Shown here in pieces: positions 53,208 through 63,900 of a DNA stretch of 64,000 bases. The stretch lies in the NCBI GenBank assembly GCA_003707115.1, contig PPNB01000005.1, positions 434,001-498,000 of the forward strand, given 5' to 3'. Below the pieces are notes generated by a model that was not told where the DNA came from, made no database searches, and saw only the letters and a list, made by a program, of their open reading frames with translations. The position numbers and the translations under genes were made by a program. The stretch is from Tortispora ganteri. Its lineage: Eukaryota. Positions within the stretch are counted from its first letter, which is position 1, and each line of letters starts with the position of its first letter.

Positions 53208-54335
53208 ATGTTGCGCACAAGTAGAGTCTCTATATCGCTGAATTTGTCTCGAAAGTATTCGCAAGATAAAGGCAAAGGAACAGCGCTAGTACTGCTGAAT
53301 ATGGGCGGACCATCATCGATAAAGGAAGTGTATTCGTTCTTATACAACCTTTTCGCCGATGAAACGCTCATTCCATTAAAACAGTCATTGTTTCCATTCT
53401 TGCCGAAATTTATCGCACGTCGTCGCACGCCTATGATCCAAAAACAATATGAAGAGATTGGAGGTGGAAGCCCGATCCGCCGTTGGAATGAGTTCCAGGC
53501 ATCAAAGGCCTGTGAACTGCTCGACCAAATTAGCCCAGAAACAGCGCCACATAAACCATATATAATGTTCAGATATGCTGATCCTTTAACTAAAGATACT
53601 CTTGCTCAGATGCTCAAAGATGGTGTCACAAGAGCTGTGGCATTGTCTATGTACCCTCAGTATAGTGAATCCACAGTCGGCTCATCGCTCTCGCTGCTGG
53701 CATCAGAGAGCGAGAAACAAGACCCCAATGGCACTATAAAATGGTCTGCAATTGATAGATGGCCAACACACAAAGGACTCACTACTGCCTTTGCTAAACT
53801 TATCAGAGAAAAGCTCACAGAGTACCCAGAAGAGGTACGTAACAAGGTCATTATCATGTTCTCTGCGCACTCGCTACCTATGTCTGTCGTCAACCGCGGC
53901 GATCCGTATCCTGCAGAAGTGGCCGCTACCGTCAGCCAGGTCATGAATGAACTGGAGTATTCGAACCCTTACAGACTGACGTGGCAAAGCCAGGTCGGAC
54001 CTGCTCCTTGGCTCGGTGCCCAAACAGCAAAAGCAGTCGATGGGTACCTTGAACAAGGCTACAAGAACATTATGTTAGTACCAATTGCATTCACGAGCGA
54101 TCACATTGAAACGCTTTACGAGCTTGATAAAGAGATCATCGGTACAAAAAATGAGCCTGGCCTGAAACGTGCACAGTCGCTGAACGGCGATCCGGAATTC
54201 ATAAAGGGCATAGCTGAATTAGTCGCAGAGCACCTTAAATCGAATCAAAAATTCTCTTCGCAGTTCTTGCTGCCATCTCCAATCAACAAGTACCCTGAAT
54301 TTCAGTCTACAAGGAAGTTTTTCTTGAATCAGTAG
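53208..54335 (+). CDS. HEM15: Ferrochelatase, mitochondrial
   Basis: LLNMGGP, IGGGSPI, FSAHSLP, WQSQVGP, PIAFTSDHIETLYELD. Confidence 0.97.
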   Translation: MLRTSRVSISLNLSRKYSQDKGKGTALVLLNMGGPSSIKEVYSFLYNLFADETLIPLKQSLFPFLPKFIARRRTPMIQKQYEEIGGGSPIRRWNEFQASKACELLDQISPETAPHKPYIMFRYADPLTKDTLAQMLKDGVTRAVALSMYPQYSESTVGSSLSLLASESEKQDPNGTIKWSAIDRWPTHKGLTTAFAKLIREKLTEYPEEVRNKVIIMFSAHSLPMSVVNRGDPYPAEVAATVSQVMNELEYSNPYRLTWQSQVGPAPWLGAQTAKAVDGYLEQGYKNIMLVPIAFTSDHIETLYELDKEIIGTKNEPGLKRAQSLNGDPEFIKGIAELVAEHLKSNQKFSSQFLLPSPINKYPEFQSTRKFFLNQ

Positions 54336-54415
54336 ATCTGTCTTCTTTTACTAACCTCTATCTTTCCATCTACGAATCAATAAACGTATACAAAAGTCGT
54401 AATTGCTACATTATT

Positions 54416-54865
54416 TTAAGCAACAAGCTCAACAACACCACCGGCAGCTTTGATTTTCTCCTCAGCAAGCTTAGAAACAAAGCGAGCCTTGACGATGACA
54501 GGAACTTCAGGAAGACGTCCTTTGCCTAAAACTTTGCCGTAGCCGTGAGCTAAAGTGTCGATGACAGGGGCTGAGTCAGTAGATGCATTCTTGAGAAGAT
54601 CATCTCTGTTAGAGCTCTCAACAAGAGACCAGAGCTTGTCAATATTAATAACAGGCTTCCAGTAATGGGCAGGCTGCTTGTGGAATACGCGCATACCAAC
54701 CTTACCGAAGTAACCAGGATGGTATTTATCGAAGTTGGTACGATGATGAGTCAAACCACCGGCATTACCACGACCGGCAGGATGGCAACGATGCTTACCA
54801 GCACGACCGTATCCGTGCGGTGCATTTCCTCTATGTTTGCGACTCTTTCTTAGTCTGGTAGCCAT
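54416..54865 (-). CDS. RPL28: 60S ribosomal protein uL15 (L28/L27a), intronless CDS
   Basis: [44 protein letters not shown]. Confidence 0.97.
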   Translation of the reverse strand: MATRLRKSRKHRGNAPHGYGRAGKHRCHPAGRGNAGGLTHHRTNFDKYHPGYFGKVGMRVFHKQPAHYWKPVINIDKLWSLVESSNRDDLLKNASTDSAPVIDTLAHGYGKVLGKGRLPEVPVIVKARFVSKLAEEKIKAAGGVVELVA

Positions 54866-54933
54866 TCTTAGTGGTAGGTATAAGTTCTCTATTCAGTAGA
54901 TTGAGTATTATTGGGATGTTTGGTCTAAAAACA

Positions 54934-55015
54934 CAGTCACTTTAGGGTTGTTGCTATGGTATAAATATTCCGTCCATTTGGTTAATTAGCCCTATAGTTT
55001 CTGTAACCCTACCCC
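54934..55015. promoter_or_regulatory. Ribosomal-protein promoter motifs (Homol-D-like, Tbf1-like, Homol-E-like)
   Basis: CAGTCAC 54934, TTAGGG 54942, TAGCCCTA 54987, ACCCTACCCC 55006. Confidence 0.55.
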
Positions 55016-55185
55016 TCGATCTCACATTAAATAGCCGCGATATATACAATATAGGTGTTAATTGTTATCAATCTATGATCTAAATGTTTATTAGAGTCAT
55101 CTATTAGCAAGTTTTATATGGTTGGGTTCATATGTAACTGTTGGAAATGCTTTTTTTATGTATAATGCAACACGTTTGATCCGTT

Positions 55186-55869
55186 TTAATGTATATTAGT
55201 GTCAATGCTGACGTCAGACTCACGTGCAGCTATTTCTATCAGCGTATTTTCTACTTCTGACACAGCTTTGAAGAGCGATGGTAGTATGTCTGCATTTGGC
55301 GGCACGTTTTCTGTCTCTGTTGTGCATTTTGGAAACGTTTTATTTGCATACGATTCCTGTCTGAGTTTTCTGCTTAGTTTGCTTAGTACAGCCAGTTTAG
55401 ATATGCCGGAAATGATCTCGGATGCATCTGGGGACACTGCAAGCACTGAAATGTCAGATTCGCTTGAATCTGTTGCCTCTGGAATGATATCTATTGGGCA
55501 CGTGGCTGAAATGTAGAAAGGTGTGATGTGTTTATCTGAAATATCTGTATTGCTAGACAAAGGTGTACTAGAGAACGATGATCCACTGGACGTGTTGAGA
55601 CAGTTTGATGGTTCATGTGATTGATCTTCTGTGCTGACATTCTTTTCATTGCCGCATTTGTACGTTGAAATATACCGATTCCTGTTAGATACGTTTTCTG
55701 TTTGCATCACCTTGTTCAGTCCTTCATTGTGTACTCTAACCCGCGTAAATGACGGCAGATCGAATGTCTCGGTGTACCTACCAGTGACTGTCTCTCTGCT
55801 AGAACTCCACCAGACGCTGAGTAATGCTTTAAAATTACTGAATGGTACACATGATCTTTGAGAAAACAT
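55186..55869 (-). CDS. Hypothetical orphan protein (227 aa, Ser/Thr-rich)
   Basis: ATG-initiated ORF filling the gap between RPL28 and SAS2; no recognised domain. Confidence 0.45.
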   Translation of the reverse strand: MFSQRSCVPFSNFKALLSVWWSSSRETVTGRYTETFDLPSFTRVRVHNEGLNKVMQTENVSNRNRYISTYKCGNEKNVSTEDQSHEPSNCLNTSSGSSFSSTPLSSNTDISDKHITPFYISATCPIDIIPEATDSSESDISVLAVSPDASEIISGISKLAVLSKLSRKLRQESYANKTFPKCTTETENVPPNADILPSLFKAVSEVENTLIEIAARESDVSIDTNIH

Positions 55870-56440
55870 AAATGAAAATATTAAATTAACTGAAGACGAA
55901 AATCAATGAAGTAGCTCATGCATATATCCACCTGCACAGACACACATCAGCGCATATACGTAAGTTAATGTCTCACGTATGTTCTATCTTGAGTTACACA
56001 TAAATACTACTATTCTGATTAGCATTGAGGTAATCGTATTACTGCTTATATTGCATTGATATTCATCTACGGGTTCAGACACATATACATCTCAATGCAC
56101 ATCTAGTGCCCAAGTAATGAGGTACCTTCCAGCCTCAACAGCTTAGATCGGTTGGTCTCTACTAGACTATGTAGCAACTGTCAGTGTTTTTTAGAATCAC
56201 TTCTCATATATCTTAATAATCATGCATTACCATTAAAACGCGACAGCTGCACAATTATCGACCAGTATTTGCGGCTGTTAGAGTATAAATACATTTTGCC
56301 TAGCAACAAGAACTTCACGCGATGCCCGCGGAGAAAAACATACAACAAGAAAATATAAACAAACAAAAGCTCTAAAGCTTACACACTCTCTATTTGCTTT
56401 TTATTTCTAATATTGCTCATATGCTCTCGTTTCGAGCAAA

Positions 56441-57313
56441 ATGCCTGTTATCCCTTCACAGGTGTTTTTTGCAGGAACATTAATCACGCCCTGGTACGAG
56501 TCTCCCTATTGGGCTAAGAAACCCGGGTCCGAATCGCTAATATCTCCTCTTACCCCTTCTCCTGTCGACATTCTCTACATATGTCACTATTGTTTTAAAC
56601 ATACCGTTGATCCTAAATCACTTGCAATCCATATAAAACAATGTCCAATTAGACTAGACGGACTCAAAGGTGCTGTACGGTGGTCAAACGAGCGCTACAG
56701 AATCGTTCAGGTCGACGGTAACGAGCATTCATTGTTTTGCGAGTGTCTTTGTCTTTTCGCAAAGTTGTTCCTTGAAAACAAAGCAATATGCTGCTCCGTC
56801 AAAACTTTTGATTTTTTCTTGCTCATAGATACCACACCAGACCATTTGCCAGGATCGATCGCTAGTACCCCTGACTCAGTACATGGTCAGGTCATAGGAT
56901 ATTTCTCAAAAGAGAAACTGTCATGGGATGACTACAATCTCGCTTGCGTTCTGGTGTTTCCTTTTTATCAAAAGAAGGGTCTAGGTCAACTGCTAATATC
57001 TTTCTCCTACGCTCTTTCGCTTAAGGAAGGCAAACTGGGCTCCCCCGAGAAACCGTTATCGGATCTCGGTAGACACAGCTACTTCAAATACATGTCACGT
57101 GTCATAGCTGACTTTATCTGCTCTCATTCAGCTTCTGTATCCATAGACGACATCGCATTCGCTACAGGTATCTGTCAAGCCGATGTCCTTTCTACTCTGT
57201 CCGACATGAACGTGCTGGATATCGACGCTAGAACTCTAGACAAGAAAACTGCATCTTATTTTCTATCTCGTCCCCATGATTATCCTGCTATACGGCCAGC
57301 TCAGATCTCATAA
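56441..57313 (+). CDS. SAS2: MYST histone acetyltransferase, Sas2-type
   Basis: C2HC zinc finger CHYCFKH, LFAKLFL, GYFSKEK, NLACVLVFPFYQKKGLG, GSPEKPLSDLG; no chromodomain. Confidence 0.88.
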   Translation: MPVIPSQVFFAGTLITPWYESPYWAKKPGSESLISPLTPSPVDILYICHYCFKHTVDPKSLAIHIKQCPIRLDGLKGAVRWSNERYRIVQVDGNEHSLFCECLCLFAKLFLENKAICCSVKTFDFFLLIDTTPDHLPGSIASTPDSVHGQVIGYFSKEKLSWDDYNLACVLVFPFYQKKGLGQLLISFSYALSLKEGKLGSPEKPLSDLGRHSYFKYMSRVIADFICSHSASVSIDDIAFATGICQADVLSTLSDMNVLDIDARTLDKKTASYFLSRPHDYPAIRPAQIS

Positions 57314-57381
57314 CATATTTACGACTTACGACTTTACTAAATTCCCCAAATATACCTGAAATTATCTAGAAAATATAGTCA

Positions 57382-59712
57382 TTAAAATTCCGTCCTTGTA
57401 TTCCCGGTTTGCTTATATATCCTGTTCAGCAAACTCAGCACTCCAACATCATCCTTACGGTCCGTTTCGTCATTTTCACTCTCCTTCATCATATGATCTA
57501 ATCGATCGTACGAACTTTCCATCTCCTCGGGAATCACATCCGGCACTGAACTTCCTTGACCAGCAGTATCAGCTTCTCCCGGTCGTGCATTCCGTTTCAG
57601 TAGACTTTTGCCCATGTCGGTCTGAACTCCCGTCAAAGGATTATACATAATATCTGGGTTCGGATTTAGCAGCATTGTCGAGTTCAACGAAAAGCTAGAC
57701 TGCATCTGTCTCTTACTCTCAGAACTGGAAGGCCCTTCTTCTAGGATCCCAGAATATCCGCTATTGTGATTCATTCCGCTCTTTCGCGGGTCTCGCTTTG
57801 TCGCCATAAAACTAGAAACTGCTGCTGCAGTTCCTGTTGGTCCCATCTGTTGCTGCTGCGGCCGCCTTCTCAACTGTCCATACCAGCTGGACGATGCAAA
57901 CTCACGCTCTAAATCCGCATTGGACCCATTAGTAGTATAAGCGTCCACAAAGTTATAATAGGATTTCAACATTTTGTCATCATTTGAAAATGAGAACTCT
58001 TCAACGGTTCCATTCTTGGGTGGTGCAGTCTTATTCTTCAATTTGGTGCCGTCGAAGGCAGCGTAACTGCAAACGTATCCAATTCCATCAACATGCACAG
58101 AATGCTCTCTGAAGAAGTCAACTATCCTCTCTGAACTATTTGGTAATGAGTACCACAAAATGATAGGCGCCAAAAGTATGGAGAGTATCTCAGATAAAAT
58201 AATCTTGATCTTCAGATCATAGAGCTGGCAGAATTGCCGACGAACTTCAACCGAGTGCAGCTTTCCAGACCATTCAGGAGGAAGGTAATGGGTATACTCA
58301 GCAACATGCCGAAGACTTAATTCAGGATCAAAAACCAATTGTTCGTCAGGGATCATAGCTCGACTTATAGCAAGTATAGTACCGAAAAGACCTATGTAAA
58401 ACAGAACCGTCCTGTCGCGAGATATTTCAAACCCAAGGAACAATTCAGGGTCAATGAAAGTTAGTAAAGCTAAGACAGCAGCAAACGAACCAGCAACAAA
58501 AGAAACAAAACGTGCAACCTGTCCCTGTATCTCGTTAGGAAACAAATTTACGTAGCGGCTAGCTGCAGGATGACTCATGTTCAATCTCCGCTGGAAAAGA
58601 TGGGGTAGTTCGTTAAATTCGCGTATTATCCACTCGGCAAAAGGAGAATAAGATCTAGACCCTATTGCTCCTGGATTGCGATGGTACTCATTGAAGTACC
58701 GCAAAAATGATACGATACTCAAGTAAGACATAATGAATGGCCCAAATATGATATTCATTATACCTGCAAACAAGAACCTGCGGCGTAGTCCATCGGCAAG
58801 AACTTTCCTGTGTGTTTCCTTGAGGAATACAGATCTTATTTGGCCCTGTTGATTGAACACAAAATCAAATACGCACAGACTTATATTCCATTCAAGAGTG
58901 CGCGTAAGCCACTGCCTGTGGCCAAAAGTCGCAGGCAACGGCAAAGAGAGATCAAGGATCCCTCTGTTAATCAGTGCAATAAAATAGTTCTCTTTCCTCA
59001 TAATCCGGTTAACAATATCGTGTGCAGCCATTCTTTGTGTGGATGTGGTAGGATGTTTTACACGATGAGACGTTGTAGGGTTGGAATCTCGCAACGATTC
59101 TAGCCGCCTGACGACCTCTCGCCACGATATAGTTGACATGTCATTTTGAGGGATCTCCAGCAGGTAAGTGTAGAAGTCACGCAGTTCCATTAGCCTTGGT
59201 ATGTCGTAGGCATATTGGATCAGTTTCATGAACCAGAAAAAAGCAAACACCCAGAGTCCAAGGGTCACACTGTATGACAATTTTGCGGTGCACTGTGGAA
59301 TTGTAACGTCATGAAGGTTAGTACTGTACCGCAACAGTGAGTAATCGATGCAATTGGTCAAATAGGTGGTGAATCCAACAACAAAGGTCAAGGTGGCCAG
59401 GTTAAGCAAACGCGAAAGGATAATAGGAAGGAACCCACGACTGACGTAAAAAGAGTACACTTGCTGCAGAAATATGTCTAGGTTTTCAACGTTCGTCCAA
59501 CGCCACAGTGCTTTCTCGCGAGGGTCCATCATGATCCGTCGTGCTTTTGCCTGATCGAGCGAGCTCTCTACTACCAGTGAAGGATCAATTTCGCTATTCT
59601 CTGAGGATGTATGGTCGTTATACTGTTCTGGCAACATTTGGGCCTCTAAATCATTGTTTTCTAGTGTCTCATAGATCGATGTGCCGAGATCTGGCATCCA
59701 TTGACGCATCAT
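57382..59712 (-). CDS. ATG9: Autophagy protein Atg9
   Basis: EKALWRWTNVENLDIFL, RIMRKENYFIAL, REFNELPHLF, DFFREHSVHVDGIGYVCSYA, KMLKSY. Confidence 0.96.
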   Translation of the reverse strand: MMRQWMPDLGTSIYETLENNDLEAQMLPEQYNDHTSSENSEIDPSLVVESSLDQAKARRIMMDPREKALWRWTNVENLDIFLQQVYSFYVSRGFLPIILSRLLNLATLTFVVGFTTYLTNCIDYSLLRYSTNLHDVTIPQCTAKLSYSVTLGLWVFAFFWFMKLIQYAYDIPRLMELRDFYTYLLEIPQNDMSTISWREVVRRLESLRDSNPTTSHRVKHPTTSTQRMAAHDIVNRIMRKENYFIALINRGILDLSLPLPATFGHRQWLTRTLEWNISLCVFDFVFNQQGQIRSVFLKETHRKVLADGLRRRFLFAGIMNIIFGPFIMSYLSIVSFLRYFNEYHRNPGAIGSRSYSPFAEWIIREFNELPHLFQRRLNMSHPAASRYVNLFPNEIQGQVARFVSFVAGSFAAVLALLTFIDPELFLGFEISRDRTVLFYIGLFGTILAISRAMIPDEQLVFDPELSLRHVAEYTHYLPPEWSGKLHSVEVRRQFCQLYDLKIKIILSEILSILLAPIILWYSLPNSSERIVDFFREHSVHVDGIGYVCSYAAFDGTKLKNKTAPPKNGTVEEFSFSNDDKMLKSYYNFVDAYTTNGSNADLEREFASSSWYGQLRRRPQQQQMGPTGTAAAVSSFMATKRDPRKSGMNHNSGYSGILEEGPSSSESKRQMQSSFSLNSTMLLNPNPDIMYNPLTGVQTDMGKSLLKRNARPGEADTAGQGSSVPDVIPEEMESSYDRLDHMMKESENDETDRKDDVGVLSLLNRIYKQTGNTRTEF

Positions 59713-59905
59713 GGTCAATTAAACTGAAAGCGAGATCACAGGTGGAGGCGTGTAAGTTGGGTAAGCTGAATAACCCTAACAACCCTTGTTCTACCCAACC
59801 ACTTGTTGTTATTGGTCAATCACGCTGTGCGGCTGGCTCATTAATTCCCCGAAGAAAATCGCAATGCAAATACTCTTTATTCCAACCGTTTAAAGGACGC
59901 ACTTT

Positions 59906-60853
59906 ATGGGACTAGAGCTTCCTAAGTCTCTTGTAGATTCCGGAAAGGCTTTTCTCCGTAGGTATCCTGTTGATGGGGGTGCCGCTACGAAGGCGCTACT
60001 GCGGAGTAGCGTAATAGCGATGCGTATGCTGCTGGGCCGGTACAATACAGAGGTTGATGGAATGGATACGCTTCTTGGAGCTATAGAGCGTTCAGTATCT
60101 GAAAATAGAGGACTTCTCACTGTATCTAATCATGTTTCGGTATATGATGATCCGCTAATATGGGGAATGTTACCATCAGATGTGCACGTCCAGCCGATTC
60201 GATCGCGGTGGACGCTTGCTGCAGCTGACCTATGTTTCACAAACAGATTCGTGTCGGCTTTTTTCCGGATCGGTCAGACTATGGAGGTACACAGGTTCGG
60301 ACGTGGTCCGTTTCAACCGTCACTTGATGCCTCAGTGCTGCTGTTGTCGCCCCACACAAACTATACACCTTCTGTTGCATCGCACACACCAACGGGGACT
60401 TGGCAGCCGCGCTGGATACATATATACCCCGAGGGTAAGGTCTCGCAACTCCCCGGATTGAGTATGCGCTACTTTAAATGGGGCGTCTCGAGACTTGTAC
60501 TCGAACCGACAGTCGCCCCTATTGTTGTCCCCATATTCCACTCGGGTCTTGAAAAAGTGCTACCAGAAACGCGGTCTCCTCCTAGATTTTTCCCCCGGTA
60601 CACCTCCGATACGCTCCATTTCACATTTGGAGAGCCGCTTCCGGATGACTGTTTTGACGAAGACCGCCTGCAGTGGTACCAGATGGTCTCGGACCCGTCC
60701 GCTGCAAATACCACAGGCGCAGCAGCGCTTTTACGAAGTAATGTCGCATTAAAACTCAGAAACGCCGTGCAATCATTACGCGTGTCTCGCGGATATCCCG
60801 AAGACAGCGCATCTCTCGCTACCCCAGAGTATTGGCACCAAAATAGTCAATGA
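59906..60853 (+). CDS. TAZ1: Tafazzin (cardiolipin transacylase)
   Basis: GLLTVSNHVSVYDDPLIWG (HxxxxD), WIHIYPEGKV, MRYFKWGVSRLVLE. Confidence 0.93.
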   Translation: MGLELPKSLVDSGKAFLRRYPVDGGAATKALLRSSVIAMRMLLGRYNTEVDGMDTLLGAIERSVSENRGLLTVSNHVSVYDDPLIWGMLPSDVHVQPIRSRWTLAAADLCFTNRFVSAFFRIGQTMEVHRFGRGPFQPSLDASVLLLSPHTNYTPSVASHTPTGTWQPRWIHIYPEGKVSQLPGLSMRYFKWGVSRLVLEPTVAPIVVPIFHSGLEKVLPETRSPPRFFPRYTSDTLHFTFGEPLPDDCFDEDRLQWYQMVSDPSAANTTGAAALLRSNVALKLRNAVQSLRVSRGYPEDSASLATPEYWHQNSQ

Positions 60854-60922
60854 CTGCAGGCTACAGTGCCTTTGCGCTGGCAGAAGATAAAGCTATTGTT
60901 CACTGTGTCAAAATCCTTATAC

Positions 60923-63900
60923 TCAACTCTCGTCGCGAACTTTCTGTAGATCACACGGTTCTGCAGCCTCGGAGGGCGTTTCTCTCTCAATAGAAGATAG
61001 TGATGATACAGAGTCTGGTGTCTCGATCCCAGAGAACGAAGGCGCCGTAGACGGGCTGTCGTACAAAAATGACCGCTCGCCACTAGGTGTCATAGTCACG
61101 TCGTATACAAGAGGATTCATTGCGCGTTTACGGCTTCGGCTTCTCATAAGCCCGCCGTAAGAATCCGTCTCGTTGCTGTCATCGCTGGCGACCGTCTTCC
61201 TATCTTCGCTTTCGGTCCCGCGCTGAACAGGACCTATAAATTCGTACAAGTCTCTGCTGGGCGTTGTTTCTCTCTCAAACCTTTCGGTTCTACCTCTTTC
61301 AATCGGTTTCGAAAGCATCGACTCATAGAAATTTAGCATCGGTGCCTCCAACTTGTCGCGAAGACTGTCACTTCCTAAAAATCGTTTCCCCTTGCGACGG
61401 TAGAATAACACATACGCAGCTGAAGTGACTACTCTGCTGTCCTCGATTTCAGTAACACTAGAATCATCAAAACAATACCATTTGTTGTCTATGAAATTTT
61501 TCACATTAGAAGTGTAATGTCCTCCACCAAGACCCCCGTAATGGTTATCAACTGCAAACAATTCGTACGTATTTGCGCCTTCTTGTGTCTCGGAACTCAA
61601 CCACTTATTCATATCCAAAGCGTCTAGTGGACATTCCACAAAATCACCAATCTTATCATTGAACATGCGCGACGCTGAAAATCGCTTCAAGTGGATGGTA
61701 AATATGTCCGGTAGCTTCCATAAGTCAAACTTCTTGGATGCTTGACGATGTTCCTTGCATCTTGGGCAGTACCATAAATCCTCTTTTCCGAGAATCTCTT
61801 CATTCGAAAACAATGCCAAACAGTCATCGAGTGTTATGTTCTTGTTCTGTCTGGCAAGCCTTCGCTCTTTCTGAATTTCAGCTTCCGGATCAACAACACT
61901 TGTTGGCGTGATGTAGGTTATACTATCAGATTGTTTCGGAAACAACTCATCTATAACGGAATCAGGCCAGTCACACGTAATACCCTGGCCGTCACTTATC
62001 AAAGCAACAAATTCTTCCTTAGAATTTTCTAAGGTATCTGTCTTCATCTCATCTTGTTCGTCATCCTGTTCTTGAAAATCTTCATCCTCAGTATCGCTAG
62101 AATTGCACGCCATTGACGAGTGGTCTGAGTATTCTCCTTTATTTAATAATCCATCCGACAGTTCCATCTTATCATCTGCATTTCCGACTATACTCTCTAG
62201 CGACTGGTATGCTTCATGGTTATCTGTAGAGTCTTCTGATCTAGGCGTAGAGTTATGCGACATTGTCTCTGAAAACTCTTGAGTTTCGTTATCACCTCCG
62301 ATTCGTTCAAGGTTGTACAACCGCATGTGGTAGCCGGTAGGAATAGGCTGTCGATATTGTGCAGGAATAACTCTCATGTCAAATAAAGGTTCTGATATAT
62401 CGATCTCATCCGTATTTATATTGAATAAACTTGCTTGTCTTTTGAGAACTTTCTTGTATATCAAATCTCTGTTTTGTCTCTCTTCCTTTGAAAACACAAT
62501 GACTGAAGGAATTCCAAACAGTTTTCCCCACTTAGCTTTGTCCTTAACCGCTGGGTCTGTCCAGTTTGGATTCTTCGGGACATCGTTTAGAGTACGATTT
62601 AGAATAAGACAAGTCGCAGAATCCGCGTCATCGTTAGCCAAGTCTTCGTCGTATTCGTAAACAAATGCTAAAGCAGTAGTCGGTATTCTATTGATAGATT
62701 CGTAAGAATCATGAATCCTCGTGATAGAATTAGCAGCGACCTGCACAGATATAAGCCTTTGTTGTGGTATGTTAACTAGAGAACTTATTCGTGAAAGGTA
62801 CATATCAATAGAATAATTCTCCGGCAATTCCATATCAATATATATTGGGGGTGCGTCAATTGGTATGACATACACAGTACGTGACCATGTCTTGTCAACC
62901 GGTAAAGCAAGAGACAATGATAGGAATGGGTCAAAAGTAATAGAGATTTTCTGACATTCAGGGCAAACCAGCGTAGATTTGTAAAGACCAGCAAATAGGT
63001 CTTGTATAACTGAGTCATTCCGCATACGGTGAATGTCCCATATTTCTTGAGCTAATTCGGCGACCAGAGTTTTATTGGCCACCATTTCGTCTGTTGATTC
63101 CGGTTTTTCAACATACGGTTTTTTCTTAACACGGTTTAGGTCTTCGTGCAATGCATCCAGAACAAATGCCAGTAGTTCTTGTGAGTCCTGTTGTCCGTAT
63201 CCTGCAAAACTGTGGTTGTAGTGACCCACGGTAGACTTAAAAATTCGCGGGCTGAATGTGTTGGGCACTGGTTTTGATCGCTCGATAGTATAGAGTCGAT
63301 GGATGAGCGCTTCAAACTTTTCGGCAACCTTTCCGTCCATGCCTATAGGGTTATTGTAGTTTATTTCCTCCTGGCAAATATCTGACATGAAGTATATGAC
63401 CAGTTCCTCTATGTGCACGAGGCACTGGAGCGCCGAATTCATGTAGCAGGTGTTTCCGAGATTAGAGAAGCCTGTTGTTCCCGGTATTCGTGAATTAGCA
63501 AACCGTGCTGTAATATAGGAGTAAAGCTGTGGACTCTTTGTAAGTATGAGCTGCCTTATACGGTTAGTTCTCTCCGACAAAGGCCACGAGCCATTCTGCA
63601 GACGGAACTCTGCCACAATAACAAGGTCTGGAGTGATACCATTATCCTGGAGAGATCCTGCATCATCATGGTGGCCTATAGGTGTAAGAACTGCATTCTC
63701 AGGAACAAAAGATATGTCTTCCTGCAGCCAGATCCTAAGTTCTAAAGGATCAGTGAGACGGTCGATGTGTGGGCAATTTTCGCTAAGGAGGCGCTTGAGG
63801 ATTGATAAACCGTCTGTCTGGAAAAGAGACAATGTGACTATATCGGTAGGAACAGTTGCAGCGTCGTCTACCGATGTCAGGTATATACATTTGTAAGAAA

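Noticed and set aside
44025..54335. SER1/TDA3/FDH1/LYS4/HEM15 as a metabolic gene cluster
   Set aside because: Interspersed with unrelated housekeeping genes, and they share no single pathway
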